From an uncultured Myxococcales bacterium (GTDB lineage Bacteria > Myxococcota > B64-G9), in assembly GCA_964454005.1 (NCBI GenBank), contig CAYVQE010000010.1, forward strand, positions 4,277 to 68,276: 64,000 nt of DNA, in the 5' to 3' direction. Shown piece after piece: positions 53,138 to 61,082 of the stretch. Position 1 is the stretch's first letter; every line of letters begins with the position of its first letter. The notes under the pieces were generated by a model. The model saw nothing but the letters and a program-made list of their open reading frames with translations, was not told where the DNA came from and did not search any database. A program made the position numbers and the translations under genes.

Positions 53138-55945
53138 ATGCGACGTGGAATGCCCCTGATACTGGCCGGGCTGTGCCTGCTGCTCGCGGCCGCAGCCTAC
53201 TGGCTGTGGGCCAGCGACACCCCGGCCCCGGTGGAGCCGGCCGCCGTGGCCCCCGCGGCAAAGCCGGACAGCGATCCCGAAGCGCCGGCCGCAGCGGTAA
53301 AGCCGAAGCCGCGGCGGCGGCCGGCCCGGGCGGTGCTGCCCGAGCCGCGCCAGCAGGCCGAGCCCGAGGGCAGGCTGCGGCTGGAGGGCCAGGTGCTCGA
53401 CCGCGGCGACCTGCCGGTGGCCGACGCCCGGGTGGCCATCGACACCGAGCCGCAGCGCACCACGCGCACCGGCCGCGACGGCAGCTTCCACTTCGACCGG
53501 GCGATCGGCCGGCGCTACCGGCTGACCGCGCGCAAGGCCGAGCGGGTGGGCGGGCCGGTGCAGCACCAGCTCAGCGCGGAGTCGGATCCGGTCATCCTGC
53601 GCCTGCGCCTCGGCGCGGTGCTGGCGGTGCAGGTGGTCGCGGCCGGCAGCGGCGAGCCGGTGGCCGGGGCGGTGGTCGAGCTGCGCGGCGACCAGCGGCT
53701 GGTGACCAGCAGCGGGGCCGAGGGCCGGGCGCGGTTCGTCGGCGTGGCCGGCGGCGGCGCCGTGCTGCACGCGGCCGCGGCCGGCCACGCACCGGCCCAG
53801 CAGCTGGTGGCCGTGCCCGACGGGGCGGTGGACGAGCCGGTGCAGGTGCGCATCGCCCTCGAGCGCGGCGCGCCGGTGCGCGGCCGGGTGGTGGACAGCC
53901 AGGGTGCTGCAGTGGCCGGCGCCAGGGTGGTGGCGGTCGACACCGGCGCCCTGCTCGATCTGCAGGACGCGGAGCACGACGGGGCGGCCAGCGACGCCGA
54001 GGGTCGCTTCGAGCTGCCGGCGGTGGCCGCCGGCAGCTACCGGGCGCTGGCCACCGCCGCGGGCCACCCGCGCTCGAGCTCCGCGCCCTTCAGCAGCGAC
54101 GGCCAGCGGCCGGTGACCGGAATCGAGGTCGTGCTGGCCGATGGCGGCACCATCGCCGGCCGGGTGGTCGGCCGCGGCGGCCGGCCGGCTGCCTGGGCCC
54201 GGGTGCGCGTCGGGCCGGCCGGCGATGCCATCCGCCCGGGCGTGCTCGGCGGCCTGGGCCGGCGTACGGCCACCGCCGACGCCGACGGCGCCTTCCGCAT
54301 CGAGGGCCTCGAGCGCACCGAGCTCGAGGTGCTGGCGGTGGGCGAGCGGGCCAGCAGCGAGCCGCTGCCCGTCGATCTGCGCACAAGCCCCACGGCCGAG
54401 GATCTGGAGCTGCGGCTGGTGGTCGACGGCCGCATCGCCGGTCGCGTGGTCGACGGCCGCGGCCAGCCGGTGGCCGAGGTGACCGTCAGCGCCGCGGCCG
54501 ACATCTGGGCCCAGGGCCTCGACAGCGCGGCCAGCTTGCGCGGCCGCGCCAGCGACCTGACCGACGGCGGCGGCAACTTCGCGCTCGAGGGCCTGCCCGA
54601 GGGCCGCTACCGGCTGCGGGCCAGCCGTTCGGCCGGCGCCTTCGTCCAGCACTTCCGGCCCGGGGTGGCTGCCCGCACCGGCGACGAGGACGTGGAGCTG
54701 GTGCTCGAGCGCGAGGGGGCCCTGCGCGGCCGGGTGGTGTTCGCCGGCGGCGGCAGCCCGCGGCGCTTCAGCGTGGCCGTGGGCGGTCCGCCGGGCGTGC
54801 CCTTCGCCAGCGGCGACGGCGGCTTCGAGCTGCCCGAGGTGCCGCCGGGCGAGTACACCATCAGCGTCCACGGCGATGCCTTCGCCGACGTCGATCTCGA
54901 CGGCGTCGAGGTGCAGGCCGAGCAGGTGACCGACCTGGGCACCATCGAGGTCCAGCCCGGGCGCACCATCGCCGGCCGGGTGGTCGACGGCCGGGGCGAG
55001 CCGGTGGCCGAGGCCAGCGTGATGCTGGCCAACCGCCTGATCGGCGACGGCAGCCGGGCGGCCACCGAGCTGGGCGCGGCAGCCGCCCAACAGATGGGTC
55101 TGCGGCGCACGCGCAGCGGACCCGACGGCCGCTTCCGCATCGGCGGCATCGACGATCAGTCCCAGATCGCGGTGGCCGAACACGAGCAGCTGGGCCGCTC
55201 GCTGCCGGTGCAGGTGCCGGCCGGGGCGGCCACCCCGGAGCTGGAGCTGGTGATCGAGGGCTTCGCCAGCCTGTCCGGCCGCATCAGCAGCGGCGGCCAG
55301 CCGGCGGCCGGGGCCCTGGTCTCGGCCAGCGCCACCGGCCAGGCCGAGCAGGCGGTGGTGGTCCACGCCGGCGACGACGGCCGCTACCGCATCGACAAGC
55401 TGCCCGCCGGCGAGCACCGCGTGTCGGCCAATCTGGTCGACAAGACCAGCCTGGGCGGCCACGGCGAGGCGCGCATGATCACGCTGCGCGCCGGCGAGCA
55501 GCAGCAACTGGACATCGACATCCCCAAGGGCCAGGTGGAGCTGACCGTGCAGGTGCGCGGCGTCGAGGGTGCGCCCATCGACTCCGCCCAGATCTCCCTG
55601 ATCCCCGGCCAGGTCGACATCGCGGTCGCCGCCGAGCTGAACCAGATGGCCGCCTCCAGCGGCGGCAGCCTGATCAGCGGCTTCTGGCTGCCCCAGAAGG
55701 CGGCCGTGCTGGCCGACCTCCAGCCCGGCGGCTACAGCCTGTGCGTCATCCCCATCAACGGCGACATGAACGACCCGGCCTTCCTCATGAAGCTGCAAAA
55801 GCACCGGCACAGTTTGCAGGTGCACTGCCAGCCGCTGCAGATCGCGGCCAGCCCGGTCGAGCAGAGCCACACCGCGGTGGTCCCGCCCATGGCGCCCTTC
55901 CCCGAAGAACCGGCCCCGACCGACGGCGGCAGCGCCGCGCCCTGA
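53138..55945 (+). CDS. membrane-anchored protein made of tandem carboxypeptidase-regulatory-like (CarboxypepD_reg) domains
   Basis: N-terminal TM MPLILAGLCLLLAAAAYWLW. At least eight repeats of the G.VVD..G.PVA.A.V pattern (GRVVDSQGAAVAGARV, GRVVDGRGQPVAEVTV, GRVVDGRGEPVAEASV and others). Confidence 0.85.
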   Translation: MRRGMPLILAGLCLLLAAAAYWLWASDTPAPVEPAAVAPAAKPDSDPEAPAAAVKPKPRRRPARAVLPEPRQQAEPEGRLRLEGQVLDRGDLPVADARVAIDTEPQRTTRTGRDGSFHFDRAIGRRYRLTARKAERVGGPVQHQLSAESDPVILRLRLGAVLAVQVVAAGSGEPVAGAVVELRGDQRLVTSSGAEGRARFVGVAGGGAVLHAAAAGHAPAQQLVAVPDGAVDEPVQVRIALERGAPVRGRVVDSQGAAVAGARVVAVDTGALLDLQDAEHDGAASDAEGRFELPAVAAGSYRALATAAGHPRSSSAPFSSDGQRPVTGIEVVLADGGTIAGRVVGRGGRPAAWARVRVGPAGDAIRPGVLGGLGRRTATADADGAFRIEGLERTELEVLAVGERASSEPLPVDLRTSPTAEDLELRLVVDGRIAGRVVDGRGQPVAEVTVSAAADIWAQGLDSAASLRGRASDLTDGGGNFALEGLPEGRYRLRASRSAGAFVQHFRPGVAARTGDEDVELVLEREGALRGRVVFAGGGSPRRFSVAVGGPPGVPFASGDGGFELPEVPPGEYTISVHGDAFADVDLDGVEVQAEQVTDLGTIEVQPGRTIAGRVVDGRGEPVAEASVMLANRLIGDGSRAATELGAAAAQQMGLRRTRSGPDGRFRIGGIDDQSQIAVAEHEQLGRSLPVQVPAGAATPELELVIEGFASLSGRISSGGQPAAGALVSASATGQAEQAVVVHAGDDGRYRIDKLPAGEHRVSANLVDKTSLGGHGEARMITLRAGEQQQLDIDIPKGQVELTVQVRGVEGAPIDSAQISLIPGQVDIAVAAELNQMAASSGGSLISGFWLPQKAAVLADLQPGGYSLCVIPINGDMNDPAFLMKLQKHRHSLQVHCQPLQIAASPVEQSHTAVVPPMAPFPEEPAPTDGGSAAP

Positions 55946-56218
55946 TACGCACCGGGGTCAGCCGGCTGGCCGCGTGCGCCGGGCAGACGTTCGGGCTCCG
56001 ACGTCTACGCGCCGGACAGCTGGTGCGGCGGGGCACCGCCGGTGGGCAGGCCCGCATCCTCGACGATCTCCTCGACGGCCAGCAGGCTCAGCGTCTCGCC
56101 GTGGAGTTCCACCAGGTTGGTCGAGACCCGCAGCCGGTGCTCGCCGTGCGCGTCGCCGCCGCCGAAGGTGGCGCTGGTCTCGACCTGGCGCTGGGCCTGG
56201 CCGCTTTGGAAGGTGCGC
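55858..56218. repeat. copy 1 of a 361-bp direct repeat (3' end of the CarboxypepD_reg gene + spacer + 3' part of a PAS gene)
   Basis: Aligned by eye to 59639..59999 at an offset of 3781 nt. 9 mismatches, all in the last 165 bp; the first 198 bp are identical. Confidence 0.95.
56005..56218 (-). pseudogene. 3' fragment (about 71 codons) of a PAS-domain gene, duplicate of 59786..59999
   Basis: Translates ...VETSATFGGGDAHGEHRLRVSTNLVELHGETLSLLAVEEIVEDAGLPTGGAPPHQLSGA-stop. Homology ends abruptly at 56218. Confidence 0.8.
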
Positions 56219-56249
56219 CTCCGGGGCAGCGCCGCTGGAGCCGCGCGGC

Positions 56250-56438
56250 CAGGTATTGCTGGGCTTCGTCATGGGGGCGTTGCGGCGGCCGGACGCGATG
56301 GACCCGGCCGGCCTGGAGGCGCTGCGCGCCCAGGGCTTCGCCGACGCGGACGTGATCGAGGCCTGCTTTTTCGACGCCGACCTGATCGGCAAGGCCCGTT
56401 TGGTCAGGGCCTTCGGGGTCGAGTCACTGCGGGCCTGA
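56250..56438 (+). pseudogene. possible 3' fragment of a carboxymuconolactone decarboxylase/AhpD-like gene
   Basis: ...LLGFVMGALRRPDAMDPAGLEALRAQGFADADVIEACFFDADLIGKARLVRAFGVE resembles CMD-family C-termini. There is no plausible N-terminal part upstream. Confidence 0.35.
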
Positions 56439-56692
56439 GCGTCAGGACCGGCCCCAAAAAATTCGACACTTGGCACGGCTCCGAAAACGCAGACGGAGCA
56501 ACTGTGTCTGATTATTCGATACACCATGCCCGGTTTCCGGACACCCCCGCTTGAAAACGCCACACCCCAAAACCTCAACTTTTCAGATGGTTACTTAGAA
56601 GGCCAGCTTTGGCCCGTCGGTTGCGTTGGGCCGGACCCAGCGATTACGCGGTCGACGAGGTCGCCAACCTAACCCTTTTGAAGGAGGGAAGC

Positions 56693-57625
56693 ATGTCTCT
56701 GTACAAGTTCAAGATGCTGGCCACTCTGTTGTGCTTCCCGTTCATCTTCGCAACCCAGACCTCGGCCAGCGCCGCCGAGCGCATGACATTGGAAGACTTG
56801 GCTGCCGCCAAGCGCGAGTTGGATCGCGAGTCCAACGCCCGGGCCATCGCTAAGGCATTCCATGACTGTCTCCACGATCCCGAGTTGGCCGCGATCATCA
56901 CCTCGGCCTTCGAGACCCAGATCTACTCCAACCGGCCGCTGGCTTTCGTCAACGGCTACTGGGCCAAGCCCATCAATCTGTCGGCCATCTACGCCGATAG
57001 GGACATCAACCTCGTCCTACAGCAACTCTTGTCCGACAACCCCAGCGCCCTGCAGGCCCTGGCCGACGCAGTGGCCGCCGTCGAGGACGGCCAGATCATT
57101 GACCCCGCAGTGGGCGCGGGCCTGGTTTTCATCCCCCATGATGTGGCTGCGGATGAGGCCATGACGGACCTGATCGGACTGACGGAGTCAATCGCTGGCG
57201 GCGCTTTCCTGGATGACTTGCAGGGAATCAGGGAGATGGGCGCCAACGACTTCATCGTCGGGCTCATCATTGGTGTTGGCGCTTCTCTGATAGCCGGAGC
57301 CATCCTCGATAGCTGCGAGGACGACCCGACAGATCCTCATGCTGATATCGATGGGGATGGGAAGGAGAACTGGATCGACGGCGATGATGACGGTGATGGC
57401 ACGGCTGATCATGAGGACGGCTATCAATACGACGATGAGCAGAGCATCACCCATTGCCCTCCGCCCGGGTTGTGCTTTTCGACCAACGGCCTGGTTGGCT
57501 CGTCGGCCGAGGCCGTGATGGATGTGACCACCCAGACATGGGTCGACGTCATGGAGACGCAGGATATCATGTCGATCGAGCCTCGTTCTGGCGTCGGAAT
57601 GCTCCTGGCATTCCCTGGGCTTTGA
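56693..57625 (+). CDS. secreted protein with an acidic calcium-binding-like DxDxDG tract (lower G+C)
   Basis: GAAGGAGGGAA RBS. Signal peptide MSLYKFKMLATLLCFPFIFATQTSASA. DIDGDGKENWIDGDDDGDGTADHED. 52-57% G+C in the two lines I counted. Confidence 0.75.
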   Translation: MSLYKFKMLATLLCFPFIFATQTSASAAERMTLEDLAAAKRELDRESNARAIAKAFHDCLHDPELAAIITSAFETQIYSNRPLAFVNGYWAKPINLSAIYADRDINLVLQQLLSDNPSALQALADAVAAVEDGQIIDPAVGAGLVFIPHDVAADEAMTDLIGLTESIAGGAFLDDLQGIREMGANDFIVGLIIGVGASLIAGAILDSCEDDPTDPHADIDGDGKENWIDGDDDGDGTADHEDGYQYDDEQSITHCPPPGLCFSTNGLVGSSAEAVMDVTTQTWVDVMETQDIMSIEPRSGVGMLLAFPGL

Positions 57626-59559
57626 TGGTCAAACCACAGTTTCAGCTGGTCAGCCGGGCGATGTCCGGCTGGCCGGTTGTTTGCTTGTTTGGGTGTTTGG
57701 GCTGTGTATCATCTCAGTCTGTTGAATCCGGGGGCAAAATGATCCTTCGCGAGAAAAAGATCGCTGGACAGGTGCTGGGCTTGATCGTCGGGGTTGGTAT
57801 CGGGCTCTTGCTGCTCGACTTGTTCGTTCTGAGCGACGCAGGGGGCGGGCTGGAGTTCATCGAGCGGCCCTTTGTCGACGGTGTCGATGCTTCCTACGCC
57901 GGCAAGTATCAGGACCACCCGGAGGTGAAGCGGCTGTTGGCGCTGGCCGGCGACCTGCGGCGGGCGGCGCTGCAGCGGGTGGTGCGCAGGACGGGATTGG
58001 CGGTGATCGATGCGGACGCCATCGTGCTGTCCTTTCGCGACGCCTCGGACGAGTTCGTCCACAAGGCCGTCTCGCGGCGCGTGTCGTCACCGGATGGCGT
58101 GCTGCAGTTGTGCGAGATCGGGCTGGAGCGCTTCGTAACCGGCTGCCTGGACATCGAGCGGACGCTGACCCACGAGTTCAGCCACGCCGTGATGCGCCAG
58201 GCGATGAAGGATCGTTACGGCGAGCTGCCGCGCTGGTTCCGCGAGGGGGCCGCGGTGTGGACGGCCGAGCAACTGGACGCCAAGGTGCGGCTGGAGGTCG
58301 CGCGCCGGATCATGCGGGGCAAGGACCCCGCATCCGCCCTGGACGGGCTGGCCGGGGAGCGGATCGATGGGACCAACTACCTCGACGAGGGGTTCGTATT
58401 TGCCTTGCTGGAGCGGCGACACGGCATGGCGGGGGTGCAGCGGGTGCTCGAGCGGGTCGTGGTGGCCGGCGAGGATCACAACGCGGCGCTGGAGTCGGTG
58501 ACCGGGGTGCCCGTGGCGGAGTTCATCACGCGCTCGCAGCGCCACGGTGCGGCCTACCTCGAGACGATCCTGCGCGACAGCGGCTCGGACACCTTCGCCG
58601 CGGCCGTGGCCCGGCGAAAGGCGGACGATGATGCTGCCGGCATCCGCCACCTGCGCAGCCTGTTGCAGCGGCATCCGGATTCCTTCCTCGTCCAACCCGC
58701 CCTTTTCCTGCTGGCCACCCTGGTCTACGACGCCCACGCACCGGAAGCGACCCTGGCCGGGCTGGATGCGCTGATCGCCGAGGGCACCGACTACCCCTGG
58801 CTGGCCACGAAAGCCGCCTACATCCGCGCTAGGAGATTGCTCATGGCCGGGCATTACGGCAGGGCGGTGCAGGCCTTCGAGCAGTTCATCCGGGACTACG
58901 CCTGGAACGGCCCCGCGCGGATGGCCGATGCCAGGTGCAACCTGGCCGCGGCCTGGATCGGAGCCGGCCGGCCCGGCCGCGCCGTGGAGCTCATCCGCCC
59001 CTCGCTGCGGCATCTGCAGCCCGCTCAGGCCGAAAACACCCGAGCGATGCTGCGCGATGCTCTGCGCATGCTGGACGGAGACGGGGCCGCTGCGCGGGCG
59101 GACGCAGGCGACGGGGCGAGCTGGCGCGACTTCGAGGCCCGGGCAGCCTATGCGCGGATGGGCACCTATGCCGACTACGAGCGTTTGGCCGCGCAGTGCC
59201 GGGCCAACGCCGATTGCGTCGTCGTTACCCTGCCCGGCTGCCGCCCCGGCCCCAGCGGGCGCATCGACCGGCAGGCCCGGGCGGCGGTGAACAGGGAGGT
59301 GAAAAGCCGCTATCTGGCCATGCTGCGGGATCGCGCGCGGGCTGCGTGCGCCGGCGTCGTCTGTCCGCCGCGCGCGGCGCCCGGCCAGCCGGTGCGGACC
59401 GGGCCCGAGGCGACCTCCTCGCCCGAAGCACCCCTTCGAGCCGTATGCGCCCAGGGGCGTTGCGTGCTCACCGGCCGGACGGCTGAGAGGTCTGCTGAGC
59501 CGACCTGCTCGCGCCATCGCCCGAGCGCGTCCCCGACGTCAACTACATTTCCCCATTAA
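57625..59559 (+). CDS. putative zinc metalloprotease (HExxH) with a TPR-like C-terminal region
   Basis: ATG overlaps the upstream TGA (TGATG). N-terminal hydrophobic/lipobox-like LFGCLGC and a TM segment. TLTHEFSHAVMRQ (HExxH). Helical-repeat-like C-terminal half. Confidence 0.7.
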   Translation: MVKPQFQLVSRAMSGWPVVCLFGCLGCVSSQSVESGGKMILREKKIAGQVLGLIVGVGIGLLLLDLFVLSDAGGGLEFIERPFVDGVDASYAGKYQDHPEVKRLLALAGDLRRAALQRVVRRTGLAVIDADAIVLSFRDASDEFVHKAVSRRVSSPDGVLQLCEIGLERFVTGCLDIERTLTHEFSHAVMRQAMKDRYGELPRWFREGAAVWTAEQLDAKVRLEVARRIMRGKDPASALDGLAGERIDGTNYLDEGFVFALLERRHGMAGVQRVLERVVVAGEDHNAALESVTGVPVAEFITRSQRHGAAYLETILRDSGSDTFAAAVARRKADDDAAGIRHLRSLLQRHPDSFLVQPALFLLATLVYDAHAPEATLAGLDALIAEGTDYPWLATKAAYIRARRLLMAGHYGRAVQAFEQFIRDYAWNGPARMADARCNLAAAWIGAGRPGRAVELIRPSLRHLQPAQAENTRAMLRDALRMLDGDGAAARADAGDGASWRDFEARAAYARMGTYADYERLAAQCRANADCVVVTLPGCRPGPSGRIDRQARAAVNREVKSRYLAMLRDRARAACAGVVCPPRAAPGQPVRTGPEATSSPEAPLRAVCAQGRCVLTGRTAERSAEPTCSRHRPSASPTSTTFPH

Positions 59560-59637
59560 CGACAACTACACTTCCCCAGAAGTGGGTGAAGAAACGACAA
59601 CTACACTTCCCCAGAAGTGGGTGAAGAGTGGGTGAAG
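59558..59637. repeat. perfect 35-bp tandem duplication (aacgacaactacacttccccagaagtgggtgaaga x2) plus a partial third unit, abutting repeat copy 2
   Basis: Units at 59558..59592 and 59593..59627, then gtgggtgaag. A degenerate caactacatttcccca lies at 59540..59555. Confidence 0.9.
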
Positions 59638-59638
59638 C

Positions 59639-59999
59639 CGAGCAGAGCCACACCGCGGTGGTCCCGCCCATGGCGCCCTTCCCCGAAGAACCGGCCCCGA
59701 CCGACGGCGGCAGCGCCGCGCCCTGATACGCACCGGGGTCAGCCGGCTGGCCGCGTGCGCCGGGCAGACGTTCGGGCTCCGACGTCTACGCGCCGGACAG
59801 CTGGTGCGGCGGGGCACCGCCGGTGGGCAGGCCCGCCTCCTCGACGATCTCCTCGACGGCCAGCAGGCTCAGCGTCTCGCCGTGGAGCTCCACCAGGTTG
59901 GTCGAGACCCGCAGCCGGCGCTCGCCGTGCGCTTCGCCGCCGCCGAAGGTGGCCGTGGTCTCGACCTGTTGCTGGGCCTGGCCGCTGTGGAAGGTGCGC
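59639..59999. repeat. copy 2 of the 361-bp direct repeat
   Basis: See copy 1. Here the PAS gene is intact. Only the last 29 codons of a CarboxypepD_reg-type gene are present (59639..59726, ending ...FPEEPAPTDGGSAAP-stop). Confidence 0.95.
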
Positions 60000-60361
60000 T
60001 CGATGGTGCGCCGCAGTCCGCACTGGCCGCAGGGCTCGCTGTGGCCGCAGCCGTCCGGGTGCAGCTGGGCGTTGGCGCAGCCGATGGCCACGCCGGTCAC
60101 CTGATCCAGCATCTGGCGCGGCACCTGTCCGGCCAGTCCCGCCGCCAGGCGGTTGATTTTCAGCACCCGGCGCTCGGCATCGACCAGGATCAGGGCCACC
60201 GGGGCGTGCTCGAACAAAAGCGCCGCATCACCGGCCGGCCGGGCGGAGTCTTCGGGCTGCTCCAGGGCCAGCTGCGGGTGGCGTTGCCGCAGCGAGCGCG
60301 AGACGACCTCCAACTCCTCGGGATCGCCGCGCAGGACCAAACTGGTGCTCTTGCCGTCCAT
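59786..60361 (-). CDS. PAS-domain protein with a Cys/His-rich insert
   Basis: LLFEHAPVALILVDAERRVLKINRLAAGLAG (PAS core). GCANAQLHPDGCGHSEPCGQCGLRRT. Start at ATG 60361 or upstream TTG 60403. Confidence 0.8.
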   Translation of the reverse strand: MDGKSTSLVLRGDPEELEVVSRSLRQRHPQLALEQPEDSARPAGDAALLFEHAPVALILVDAERRVLKINRLAAGLAGQVPRQMLDQVTGVAIGCANAQLHPDGCGHSEPCGQCGLRRTIERTFHSGQAQQQVETTATFGGGEAHGERRLRVSTNLVELHGETLSLLAVEEIVEEAGLPTGGAPPHQLSGA

Positions 60362-60452
60362 CGGACCTCCTGGATGGCTGATGGCGATACCATGATAGCG
60401 CAACCGGTGCCGGCCGTAAAAGGAGACAATCCCGATTCGCCGCAGCGCGCGT

Positions 60453-60854
60453 TCAAGCGCGCAGCTGATCTAGGCAGTCTTCCAGGATGTGCGGGGTGAC
60501 GGGCTTGGGCAGGAAGCGTTCGACCAGCCCGTCTTGCAGGTGGTCGTCGATGGCGGGCACCGGACCGCCGGACATCAGCACCCTGCACATGTCCGGGCAC
60601 CTGCGGCGGACCTGATCGAGCAACCACAGGCCGTCGTGACCGGGCATGGAGTAATCCGAGACGATCACGCCGAAACGTTCTCGACCCAGCCAGGCGAGTG
60701 CCGCGGCAGCGTCATTGGCTCTGTACGGTGTGCGACCCAGGTGCGTCAGGCAGCGCCCGAGCAGATCGAGCACGGCAGGCTCGTCGTCGACCAGCAGCAC
60801 CCGTCGGCCGGCGCTCGGGTCGACACTGTGGGGCGGACCTCCATCTGGGATCAC
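60453..60854 (-). CDS. single-domain response regulator (CheY-like receiver)
   Basis: VLLVDDEP, VIVSDYSMPGHDG (phospho-acceptor Asp), RVLMSG, KP. Confidence 0.9.
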   Translation of the reverse strand: MIPDGGPPHSVDPSAGRRVLLVDDEPAVLDLLGRCLTHLGRTPYRANDAAAALAWLGRERFGVIVSDYSMPGHDGLWLLDQVRRRCPDMCRVLMSGGPVPAIDDHLQDGLVERFLPKPVTPHILEDCLDQLRA

Positions 60855-60895
60855 GCCTAGCGCCCTCCGCTGGTGGAGCCGAAGTGAACGATAAA

Positions 60896-60915
60896 GAGGG
60901 CCATAAATGGCCCTC
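60896..60915 (-). terminator. rho-independent terminator candidate downstream of the TolB-like gene
   Basis: Minus-strand RNA gagggcca-uuua-uggcccuc followed by UUUAUCGUU. Confidence 0.55.
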
Positions 60916-61082
60916 CGTCCCCACGAGCAGACCTATTGTGTGGCCCACTTCCCCCGTAGTAACCAGACAAGCACAACCCGCGAGCCCGCCGGGTGCTCCG
61001 AGCAGACGAGCCAGCGTCCCATTCCCACCTCCGACAATGCCGGCGGATTGCAGGTGGTTCGCTTTTTCTCGGGCGCTGTCGT

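Noticed and set aside
56471-56486. TGGCAC that might start a sigma-54 promoter upstream of the insert cargo genes
   Set aside because: There is no TTGC/TGC element at the required -12 position; the sequence there is CGAA.
59558-59637. Considered as a mini CRISPR array
   Set aside because: The units are directly adjacent with no spacers, there are only two full copies, and no cas genes are present. It is a simple tandem duplication.
55858-59999. Considered as an IS element or transposon with terminal repeats
   Set aside because: The repeats are direct, not inverted, and consist of host gene ends. No transposase, integrase or recombinase ORF exists in the segment.
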